NCBI GenBank assembly: GCA_049320885.1
Contig: JBMORA010000022.1
Span: forward strand, 73,403-137,402
Length of the DNA: 64,000 nucleotides
Origin: Thermodesulfobacteriota bacterium
GTDB taxonomy: Bacteria; Desulfobacterota; Desulfobacteria; Desulfobacterales; SURF-7
Direction: 5' to 3'
This document shows positions 42,417 to 50,955 of the stretch, one piece after another (the stretch's first letter is position 1; each line of letters opens with the position of its first letter). Made by a program: the position numbers and the translations under genes. The notes under the pieces were generated by a model. It saw nothing but the letters and a program-made list of their open reading frames with translations. It made no database searches and was not told where the DNA came from.

Positions 42417-43643
42417 TTAAAACTCCAAATCCAAAACAACGGGCCGGCCGGTCCGGGCCGCCTTGCGCGCCAGCTTATAAGCCTCGTTGTACTGCCGGGC
42501 CACCACTTCCCAGCAGACCACATGATCGAGGTAGCGTTTCAGGTTTTCTCCCAGCTCCAGGCGCAGCTCCTCGTCCGTCGCCAGCTTGATCACCTTCCGG
42601 CGCAGCATCTCCTTGGTGGTGAAGAGCAAGCCGCCCTCGCTTTCCAGGGTCTGGGCGGTCAGTCCCTCCATGGGCGCGGTGGTGATGTAGGGCTTGTTCA
42701 GGGCGATGATGCGCGCCAGAGTCCCGGACTGCGTCTCGTCCGTGGAAGGCAGGACGATGAAATCGCAAATGGCCATCATCTTGTAATAGTCGTCGCCGCG
42801 CGGAATGAACTCGTGGTAATGGGCGATCCCCTTGCCGGCCAGCACCTGGACATCCGATTTCCAACCCTCATAGTCCCGCTGGTGGTTGGGGTCGCGCATG
42901 GCTCCGGCGGCCAGCAAGTCCCACTCCTGTCCCGTACGCGACTTAATCTCGTGATGAATCTCTTCCCACATGGAAAGCAGGATATCCCAGCGCTTGTTGG
43001 ACTGAATCCAGCCGATCATGCCCACCACGTGGTCGGCCAGGCGGGTTTGATCCAGGCCGAATTCTCTTCTCAACCCAGGTATCTCGTGCACGCCCCAGCG
43101 CTTGTCGGAGCGCGCCCCGTGGGGCACGACCATGATGTTGCGCGGCGTGGGCCACCCCCGGCCCTGGAAGGTCCAATCCAGCCGCCATTTCTGATAGTGG
43201 CATTTGAACAGCACCACGTGGCTTCGCTGGGTCAGTTTGTAAATGAAATCCGCCTCGAAATCCCGAAGCCGCCCGTGAATGGTGTGGGGTTCGACCACGA
43301 TGGGAAAGTCGCCGATGGCCTCCAGCAAATCGAGAAAGCCGTCGTTGCCGTCCCCCACGCCGCGCTGGTCCGTGTATTCATAAAGCCCATACTCGTGCTC
43401 GATGTGAACGGCATAAGGCTTCAATCGCTCGATTTCCTCGGCCACGGGTTTCCACCAATCGGGCCGTCGCATGTCGATGACGGGCAACACCCCGTCTCCC
43501 GCGCCGTCGGTGTGGCTGATGACCCGTACTTGCCGGTCCGGGTTGGCCTTTTGGATGAACTCCCGCGCCTCCTCGCAAAAAGTGCCGATACCGCACAACC
43601 TGGGCGGATAGGAGCTGATCATGACGATGGGTTTATTGGCCAT
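42417..43643 (-). CDS. GT4-like glycosyltransferase
   Basis: SSYPPRLCGIGTF, HIEHEYGLY, VVPHG, QSGTL; paralogous in motif layout to the N-half of the upstream gene. Confidence 0.8.
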   Translation of the reverse strand: MANKPIVMISSYPPRLCGIGTFCEEAREFIQKANPDRQVRVISHTDGAGDGVLPVIDMRRPDWWKPVAEEIERLKPYAVHIEHEYGLYEYTDQRGVGDGNDGFLDLLEAIGDFPIVVEPHTIHGRLRDFEADFIYKLTQRSHVVLFKCHYQKWRLDWTFQGRGWPTPRNIMVVPHGARSDKRWGVHEIPGLRREFGLDQTRLADHVVGMIGWIQSNKRWDILLSMWEEIHHEIKSRTGQEWDLLAAGAMRDPNHQRDYEGWKSDVQVLAGKGIAHYHEFIPRGDDYYKMMAICDFIVLPSTDETQSGTLARIIALNKPYITTAPMEGLTAQTLESEGGLLFTTKEMLRRKVIKLATDEELRLELGENLKRYLDHVVCWEVVARQYNEAYKLARKAARTGRPVVLDLEF

Positions 43644-45966
43644 GGACCGTCACCTCCCGCCGGGTTTCAAGATTTGTTTCGGACGTGGCCTCCACCGCGA
43701 TCTGACGGCCGCGCATTTGATTCAGGACGAGCAGCGACAGAAAAAAGACCAGCGTCGATTCCGCGCCCTGGTTGCGGTTGGGGCCGTCGGCCTGCAGGCC
43801 GTCGCAACATCCGCCGGACTTGTGGTCATACAGGGGCGCGTTCAAATCGTTGCGCCCCAGGAACCACTCCAGGCAGCGCTGGGCGTGGGAAAGCCACTTT
43901 TCATCATTGGTCGCCTCGTAGGCTTCCCGGCAGGCCTCGATCATGTTCAGCGCCTCGATGGGCTGTTGATCGAAGCGCGCCTTTTCGCCGCCCCGGGGGT
44001 ACCAGCCGTTGTTGCCCACCGGCACGAAATGCCCCCTGGGGTCGGTTTGAATGTCCATGAGCCATTCCAGGCCGCGCAGCCCGGCATTGAGCATGTCATC
44101 CTTGTTCTGCCGGCTGCCGGCCAGGATCAGGGCCTGGGGTATTTTGCCGTTGGCATAGGTCACCGTGTCCTCGATCCAGGGCCAGTCGTCGGATGCATGG
44201 TCGTGGAACAGGCGCAACAGCTTGTTTGCCAGTTTCTCGCGGATGCGCCGCACCTCGCTGTCGCCGCCGAATTTGCTCAAATAGGCATGGATGCCCACCA
44301 GGGCAAAGGCCCAGGCCCTCGGCGAGTCGAAATCCGTCAAGGCGGGCAACGCCTTTTCAAATACCGCCTGGGCCGCCGCGCGGATATCCTCCGATTCGGC
44401 CAAAGCCACGGCCTGGCCCAGACCCCACACCGCGCGCCCGTGGCTGTCCTCGGAGCCGACCTCTTCCAGCCACCGGCGGTCATATCCCATAAAATTGCGA
44501 AAACGGCCGTTTTCCTCGTTGAACGCGTGGTGCAGAAAACCGATATAGGTGCAGGCCAGGTTGGTGACGGCTTCGCCGTCGGCCAGCATCTCCCGGGCCA
44601 GCAGCACGGCGATGAGCGCCCGTGCGTTGTCGTCGGTGCAATAGCCGTGGAAACGGTCCGGCACGATGAACTTGGCGTGCTGCAAGATTCCCACATCGTC
44701 CGTGAGGCGGATGATGTGATCCAGCTTCGGTTGGGGGATTTCACGCGGAACGGACCCCATGGTCCTGGCCCGGAAAACCGGCCTGGGCGCGCTTTCCCGT
44801 TCCCGTTTAACCTGGCTGAAGACGTCGAGATATTGCCGCGCCACCTCCTTCCAGACCATGTCGCGGCAAAAGGTGTAGGCCCGCTTGCGCATGGCGTGCC
44901 GCTCCACCTCCTGGGCAAACAGATCATTGACCTGGTCGGCCAGGGCCGCGGGGTCGCAAAAGGGCACGATCCGGCCGCGACCGTCGGCCAGCATCTCCTC
45001 GGCATACCAGTACGGGGTGGAAACGGTGGCCTTGCCGCTGCCCAGGGCATAGGCCAGGGTTCCCGAAACAATCTGCTCCTGGTTCAGATAGGGCGTGACA
45101 TAGATGTCCGCCGCACCGAGAAACTCGCACAATTCCTTCAAATCGACGAAGCGATTGTGAAAAATCACGTGGTCTCCGACACCCAGCTCCCGGGCGCGGC
45201 GCTGAAGCGAGAGGCGGTAGGATTCTCCCTGATCTTTTTTCACATGGGGATGGGTCGCTCCCAGGACGATGTAAACGGCCTGCGGGTGCTCCCTGACCAC
45301 CGCCGGCAGGGCGTCGATCATCGTCTCGACGCCCTTGCCGGGCGAGAGCAGCCCGAAGGTCAATATCACCTTGCGCCCCTCGACGCCGTATTGGTCCTTG
45401 TAAAAATTGGGATCGACAAACGGAACGTCGGGGATGCCGTGGTGAATCCGGGCGATTTTTTCAGCCGGAACACCGTAAACGGTTTGGAGAAGTTGCTCCG
45501 CCTTATGGCTCATCACCACAAGGCGGTCCGAGAGCTGGGCGATGCGTTTGGTGACGGCCATCTGGCCTTGTGTCGGCCTTTGAATCACCGTGTGCAGGGT
45601 GGTCACCAGGGGCATGCGCAAGCCGCCGAGCAGGTCCAGGACATGGACGCCGTTATCACCGCCGTAAATCCCGAATTCGTGCTGGAGGCAAACCACCTCC
45701 ACCCGGTTCATGTTCAGAAAGTCCGCCGCCAACCGGTACTCGGCCAGAACCCGCTGGTTGACCTCGAAACGCACCTGGCCCGGATATCGATACCCCTCGG
45801 GGATATCGTTCATCACCACAGCGAAATGATCCGCGCCGGGGTTTTCCTCGGAAAGGGCCGCCAACAGATCGCTGGTGAAGGTGGCGATGCCGCACTGGCG
45901 CGGCAGGAAATTGCCGATCAACGCGATTTTTCTTGGGCGGGATGGATGATTGCCGGATTCAAGCAT
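43633..45966 (-). CDS. GT4 glycosyltransferase fused to a C-terminal six-hairpin-glycosidase-like domain
   Basis: N-half: PRQCGIATFT, QHEFGIYGG, FGLLSPGKG, SGTLAYA. C-half: GILQHA, GYCTDDNARAL, DQQPIEA, NQGAEST. Confidence 0.85.
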   Translation of the reverse strand: MLESGNHPSRPRKIALIGNFLPRQCGIATFTSDLLAALSEENPGADHFAVVMNDIPEGYRYPGQVRFEVNQRVLAEYRLAADFLNMNRVEVVCLQHEFGIYGGDNGVHVLDLLGGLRMPLVTTLHTVIQRPTQGQMAVTKRIAQLSDRLVVMSHKAEQLLQTVYGVPAEKIARIHHGIPDVPFVDPNFYKDQYGVEGRKVILTFGLLSPGKGVETMIDALPAVVREHPQAVYIVLGATHPHVKKDQGESYRLSLQRRARELGVGDHVIFHNRFVDLKELCEFLGAADIYVTPYLNQEQIVSGTLAYALGSGKATVSTPYWYAEEMLADGRGRIVPFCDPAALADQVNDLFAQEVERHAMRKRAYTFCRDMVWKEVARQYLDVFSQVKRERESAPRPVFRARTMGSVPREIPQPKLDHIIRLTDDVGILQHAKFIVPDRFHGYCTDDNARALIAVLLAREMLADGEAVTNLACTYIGFLHHAFNEENGRFRNFMGYDRRWLEEVGSEDSHGRAVWGLGQAVALAESEDIRAAAQAVFEKALPALTDFDSPRAWAFALVGIHAYLSKFGGDSEVRRIREKLANKLLRLFHDHASDDWPWIEDTVTYANGKIPQALILAGSRQNKDDMLNAGLRGLEWLMDIQTDPRGHFVPVGNNGWYPRGGEKARFDQQPIEALNMIEACREAYEATNDEKWLSHAQRCLEWFLGRNDLNAPLYDHKSGGCCDGLQADGPNRNQGAESTLVFFLSLLVLNQMRGRQIAVEATSETNLETRREVTVHGQ

Positions 45967-45967
45967 G

Positions 45968-47452
45968 TCAATTCTCCTGTGCCTTGCTCCGGGATGTGGG
46001 ACGCATCAACTTCGCGTCGTACCAATCCGGGCCATAGGGATGCGCCGGGCCAGGCGTCGATGGCAAATCGGACTTATCGGCCTCTTTTTCCAGCGGGCCG
46101 TCAGGGGTGTCGCCGGCCAATACCTCTATGGAGTCCCCGTCCCGGAGGAGGTGATTCAGGGCCGCGGTTCGGCCGTTCACTTTCACCGCCGCGCCCTGGG
46201 GCGCCTCGATGTTGGTAATGGTCAGGTAATCGCGAACCGTGGCCTTTTCCGCCAGGCGCACGATCCGGCCGCCGTTGCCGAAGACCACCAGATGATCCTG
46301 GAACACCTGCCGGTGCAGCAGCTCGACAAACGCCTCGCTGTTCGGCGCTTCGGCGTGCTGGTGCCTGAGCCCCCGCATCCATTGGACCTGTCGGCGGTCA
46401 TGGTCCGAAGCCTTGGACGCGCTCTTGTACCGCCAGTGGGCCGCCGTGCCGTGTTCGGCCTCCATGTGCATCAGCTCGGTGCGCACCTGGAACTCGATGG
46501 GTTTGTGGGAGATTTCCCGGACCGGATAGACGCACGTGTGCAGGGATTGGTAGCCGTTGTCCTTGGGCAGCCCGATGTAATCGTCGAAGGTGCCGGGGAT
46601 CGGTTTGAAATGGGCGTGCAGCAAGCCCAGAACCGTGTAGCACTCGGGCACGGACGCCACGATCACCCGCAAGCCCACGCGGTCCATGATCTCTTGAAGG
46701 GACCTGCCGGTTCGCGTCATCTTGCGGTGAATGCCGTGCAGACTCTTGGTTCTACCCTGAACCCGGCCGGCAATGCCGTTATTGTCCAGCAGGCGTTGTA
46801 CCCCGTCCAAGAGGATTTTCAGGCATTTGTCGTCCTCGGCCTGGATCGGAGCGACGCGTTCCTTGAGGTATGCGTATTGCGCCGGGTCAAGGATGCGAAG
46901 ACAGGCGTCCTCCAGCCTGCGCCGCAAGTCGCCCAAACTGAGACGGTTGGCGATGGGCACCAACAGGTCGAGGGTCTCTTGGGCCATGCTTCGGGCCGCG
47001 CCTGAACAGGGCGGCGTGGCGCATTCCAGGGCCAACAGTCGAAAGGAGATAAATAACAACACCTTGCGGGGGGTCCCGCCCATGGCGTCCAATATCTCCT
47101 GTATGTCTTTATGCCGGTAAGGCCGGCCGCCGTCATGGGAGGTGAAAGGGGGATGCAGGTTTTCGAGGGTGGCGGCCACGGCCGGCCCGAAGCGGTCCCG
47201 AATCTCATCCGGCGAGGCGAGATCTTGCCACAAAAGAGGGGCTAAAAAGGAAGCGGCGATGGAGACCGCGTCCGCTTCCTGTTCGAAAAGCAGGTCGGCC
47301 GCATGGTAACCCGCTGAATTGTCGGCGCATTTATTTTCAATAAAAAAGGCGTGCGCCCGGCCCACCAGGTCCGCTTCCGCCGCCGTGAACGTTTGATTTA
47401 TCTTTTCAATAAATAGGCTGTCATCAGCCAATCCCAGAGTATCTCGACTCAT
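45968..47452 (-). CDS. RelA/SpoT-family (p)ppGpp synthetase with degenerate hydrolase domain, ending after a TGS-like domain
   Basis: GRTKSLHGIHRKM, DRVGLRVIV, TFDDYIGLPKDNGYQSLHT, EFQVRT, AEHGTAAHWRYK, and TGS-like AAVKVNGR..LRDGDSIEV. The HD position reads SFLAPL. Confidence 0.88.
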   Translation of the reverse strand: MSRDTLGLADDSLFIEKINQTFTAAEADLVGRAHAFFIENKCADNSAGYHAADLLFEQEADAVSIAASFLAPLLWQDLASPDEIRDRFGPAVAATLENLHPPFTSHDGGRPYRHKDIQEILDAMGGTPRKVLLFISFRLLALECATPPCSGAARSMAQETLDLLVPIANRLSLGDLRRRLEDACLRILDPAQYAYLKERVAPIQAEDDKCLKILLDGVQRLLDNNGIAGRVQGRTKSLHGIHRKMTRTGRSLQEIMDRVGLRVIVASVPECYTVLGLLHAHFKPIPGTFDDYIGLPKDNGYQSLHTCVYPVREISHKPIEFQVRTELMHMEAEHGTAAHWRYKSASKASDHDRRQVQWMRGLRHQHAEAPNSEAFVELLHRQVFQDHLVVFGNGGRIVRLAEKATVRDYLTITNIEAPQGAAVKVNGRTAALNHLLRDGDSIEVLAGDTPDGPLEKEADKSDLPSTPGPAHPYGPDWYDAKLMRPTSRSKAQEN

Positions 47453-47521
47453 TTCCCGAAATGTCCAGAATCAACAATATGTCAACGTATCTATTGGGGT
47501 TTTGGGCTTATAAAGCCTCCT

Positions 47522-47746
47522 TTACAGGTCGTCGGGCAACAGCAGCCGTCCCAGTTCGATCATATTGTCGCAATACGTCTCGATCAGCCTCAATGCCATC
47601 TTGGATGGCAAAAAACGCCCGTTTTCCCACCGGTTGACGGTGGCGTAACTCACCCCGATCTCCCTTGCAAAATCCTCCTGGCTAAGGTCGAGCTGAACCC
47701 GGACCTCCTTGATAAGAATCACGAAATCGTACCGTTTGATCCACAA
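47522..47746 (-). CDS. XRE-family HTH regulator
   Basis: LSQEDFAREIGVSYATVNRWENGRFLPS; GGGAGG RBS before TTG. Confidence 0.88.
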   Translation of the reverse strand: MWIKRYDFVILIKEVRVQLDLSQEDFAREIGVSYATVNRWENGRFLPSKMALRLIETYCDNMIELGRLLLPDDL

Positions 47747-47799
47747 GGCCGATCCTCCCGTTCCCTGGTCGCCCTGTCGCCAGGAAATAATCCAATCAA

Positions 47800-47827
47800 A
47801 CTATAACACATGATACGATAGGTGCAA
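47800..47827 (-). promoter_or_regulatory. Putative sigma70 promoter for xre and possibly the downstream cargo
   Basis: TTGCAC-N16-TATAGT with an extended -10 TG. Confidence 0.5.
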
Positions 47828-47961
47828 GACCAAGTCCAAACATTTTTTGAAAAAATCAGACTTGAGCCCGGCTGACCTCAAGCGGTTAACCTTGTGGCAA
47901 TTTAGTTTTAGATATCGAGTGCTTACAAGATTATTGGTGTGCTTGGTTCAGGCTGGAAGGC

Positions 47962-50955
47962 TTAAATTTGATAGGTGACCCCGAAGACAGTGTCCGAGAG
48001 CCACTTCTTGAAGCCCGGATTGTCGCAGAATTGTTTGAACAATTCGGTGTGGTCGGAAAGCAGGTCCATCATGACCCGCTGCAAGGCCTTGTCGTGTTCA
48101 ATGCGGGCGTTCTGCTTGTCCGAATTGCGCATGGCGTTCTGATAGGCCTTGTCGGCGGCCACCTTCACAGGGATTTCCTCGCTGATGACCTTGCCGATTT
48201 TGTCGGCGTCTTTCCACTCGATATTGCCGAACTGTTCATTGAACGTCTTGATGATGTTGCTCAGGCGATCCAGCTCCGCTTCGGGTTTACGGCCGCCGCC
48301 GCTGGTGGGAACCGGCCCGATTTCCGCATCTTCGTCGGCCAACTGCAACGCCATCTTGGCTTTGACTTCCACCCGATAGCTGTCCATATCGATGGTTTCC
48401 AGGATGCCCTTGGACAGATCTTCCTCCTTGGGCGCGGGCAGCTTGGGAATCAGGAAGTTCAGAAAGATGGACAGCTTTTCCCATTCAGCGCTGGTATATG
48501 GCAGAATGGCCGCCAGGAAATTGTAGGTACGGACAAACGCCTTGGCCTTACCCTTGAAATCCACCTGGCCGTCCTCATCAAGGTCGGCCAGGTAGTTTGC
48601 CACAGCCCCGTCCAGGATCGGGTCCAGGGTATCTCGATCCGCACCGTTAATGTATCGTTCCACCAACTGTTCCACATCACCGCCGGTATACACCTGGTAG
48701 CCGTCCAGATCCGCTTTCAGGTCGTGCAGCTTGTCGGGGTCGGTTTCCTCGCTCAGGATCGTGGTTCGGTAATACTGGTCGAAAGCCGCCTGAATGGTGT
48801 CGGCGTCATTCATGAAATCGAGCACGAAGGTGTCGTGCTTGCCTGGGTGGGCGCGGTTGAGCCGGGAAAGCGTCTGCACCGCCTTGATGCCCGCCAGGTG
48901 CTTGTCGACATACATGGTGTGCAACAGCGGTTCATCGAAACCGGTCTGAAACTTTTCGGCGGCAATCAGAAAACGGTAAGGGTCCTTGCGGAATTGTTCG
49001 GGGATTTTGGCGCTGGGAAAGTCGTTCAGCGATGCCTCGCTCACCTTGCGGCCGCCGAATTCATGCTCGCCCGAAAACGCCACGATGGCCCGGTAAGGGC
49101 TTTTGCGCTCTTTCAGATAGGCCTCGAAGGCGCTGAAATACTGAACCGCCCGCTCGATGCCGCCGGTCACCACCATGGCGCGGGCCTGCCCGCGAACCTT
49201 ATTGTGGCCGATGACCTGCTCGTGGAAATGGTCCACCATGATCTCGGCCTTTTGCCGGATGGCGTGATCGTGGGATTCCACGTAACGCCGGAGCTTCTTT
49301 CGCGCTCTTTTGGTGTCGAATTCCGGATCATCGGGCACCGTTTTCATCAGCCGGTAATAGCTGTCCACCGGGGTGTAATGTTTGATCACGTCGAGAATGA
49401 AGCCCTCTTCGATGGCCTGTTTCATGGTGTAGCTGTGAAAAGGCCGGTGCTTCACCTTGTCCCCTTCGGGCCAGGGATCTCCGAACAGCTCAAGGGTCTT
49501 GTTTTTGGGCGTGGCGGTAAATGCAAAATAACTGGCATTTCCCAGCATCTTGCGGGATTCCATCAACCGGTTGATTTTGTCTTCGGTGGTGTCCTCTTCA
49601 TCCGGCCCGCCTTGTTCGGCCAAAGCCACGTTCATCTGGGCGGCGGTCCGTCCCCCCTGGCTGGAATGGGCTTCATCGATGATGATGGCGAATTTGCGGC
49701 CCCGGTGCTCGTCCCCGATCTCATCCAAAATAAAGGGGAACTTTTGAACCGTAGAGATGATGACTTTCTTGCCGGACTGCAGGAACTTTCGCAGATCCCC
49801 GGCTCGCTGGGCCGCGCCGATCACCGCCGACACCTGGGCAAAGCGCTTGATGTTGTCCCGGATCTGTTTGTCCAGGACCCGCCGGTCGGTCACCACCACA
49901 ATCGAATCGAATACCGGATGGCCGTCCCGCTTTAATTCCACCAGCTGATGGGCCAGCCAGGTAATGGAATTGCTCTTGCCCGAACCGGCCGAATGCTGGA
50001 TGAGGTAGCGTTTGCCCGCGCCGCTGGATGCGCCGTCGGCCAAAAGACGGCGGACCACATCAAGCTGGTGGAACCGGGGAAAAATCTGCTTTCGGCGCTT
50101 GCGACCCCGCTCGTCGGTCTCCTCCACGATGCCCGCATAGTTTTCGATGATAACCGTCAGTACCGGTTTGCTCAGAACCTCTTTCCAGAGATACTCGGTC
50201 TCCAGGCCGTCCGGGTTGGGTGGATTGCCGGCCCCATCGTTGAACCCCTTGTTGAACGGCAGGAACCAGCTGCCCTTGCCCTTGAGATGGGTGCACATGC
50301 GCACCTCGTGATCATCCACGGCAAAATGCACGGCGCAGCGGCCGAATTGAAACAACAGCTCCTTGGGGTCCCGGTCGTGCTTGTACTGGTTGACGGCGTC
50401 TTCAACCGTCTGCTTGGTCAGCCGGTTCTTGAGTTCAAAGGTGGCCAGCGGCAATCCGTTGATGAACACAGCCAGGTCAAGGGCCAGTTGGGTGGCATCC
50501 TTGCTGTAGTGCAACTGGCGGGTGACGCTGAACATGTTGGCGGCGAATCGTTCGGCAGCTTTCCGGTTGCCGGGCGTCGGGGTGCCGTAAAACAGATCCA
50601 CGGACGCCGGACCGTGGCGAACGCCCTTGCGCAGGACATCGATGATCCCCCGTTTGGCCACTTCCCCTTGAAGCCGGTGAAGAAATTGCTGGCGTTTGAC
50701 GCCCTCCTGACCAATTTGAAGCGTCTCGACGACCTTGGGCTGTGTCTTTTCCAAAAAGGCCATCAGCTTAACCGGGTCCACGGCATGGTCGGAATCATAA
50801 TCCGCCGCGGCCCCTTCCATATAACCGGCTCCGCCGTATCCGGCCTCGGGGTCCCGCACCTGGCTGGGTTCGCTTTCCTCCGGATGGTTTTTTCCGGTAA
50901 GCGATTCGATGATCAGGGTTTCCAGCCCTTTTTCACTTGTGTCGGTCGTCGGCAT
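47962..50955 (-). CDS. hsdR: Type I restriction endonuclease subunit R
   Basis: Nuclease motif DLAVFINGLPLATFELK, Walker A QHSAGSGKS, DEAH, FTATP, QTGFDEP, QTLSRLNR. TGATG coupling with hsdS. Confidence 0.96.
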   Translation of the reverse strand: MPTTDTSEKGLETLIIESLTGKNHPEESEPSQVRDPEAGYGGAGYMEGAAADYDSDHAVDPVKLMAFLEKTQPKVVETLQIGQEGVKRQQFLHRLQGEVAKRGIIDVLRKGVRHGPASVDLFYGTPTPGNRKAAERFAANMFSVTRQLHYSKDATQLALDLAVFINGLPLATFELKNRLTKQTVEDAVNQYKHDRDPKELLFQFGRCAVHFAVDDHEVRMCTHLKGKGSWFLPFNKGFNDGAGNPPNPDGLETEYLWKEVLSKPVLTVIIENYAGIVEETDERGRKRRKQIFPRFHQLDVVRRLLADGASSGAGKRYLIQHSAGSGKSNSITWLAHQLVELKRDGHPVFDSIVVVTDRRVLDKQIRDNIKRFAQVSAVIGAAQRAGDLRKFLQSGKKVIISTVQKFPFILDEIGDEHRGRKFAIIIDEAHSSQGGRTAAQMNVALAEQGGPDEEDTTEDKINRLMESRKMLGNASYFAFTATPKNKTLELFGDPWPEGDKVKHRPFHSYTMKQAIEEGFILDVIKHYTPVDSYYRLMKTVPDDPEFDTKRARKKLRRYVESHDHAIRQKAEIMVDHFHEQVIGHNKVRGQARAMVVTGGIERAVQYFSAFEAYLKERKSPYRAIVAFSGEHEFGGRKVSEASLNDFPSAKIPEQFRKDPYRFLIAAEKFQTGFDEPLLHTMYVDKHLAGIKAVQTLSRLNRAHPGKHDTFVLDFMNDADTIQAAFDQYYRTTILSEETDPDKLHDLKADLDGYQVYTGGDVEQLVERYINGADRDTLDPILDGAVANYLADLDEDGQVDFKGKAKAFVRTYNFLAAILPYTSAEWEKLSIFLNFLIPKLPAPKEEDLSKGILETIDMDSYRVEVKAKMALQLADEDAEIGPVPTSGGGRKPEAELDRLSNIIKTFNEQFGNIEWKDADKIGKVISEEIPVKVAADKAYQNAMRNSDKQNARIEHDKALQRVMMDLLSDHTELFKQFCDNPGFKKWLSDTVFGVTYQI

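Noticed and set aside
43621..46218. 865-aa plus-strand ORF
   Set aside because: Antisense shadow of the GT4 fusion and relA-like genes in GC-rich DNA; no recognisable motifs.
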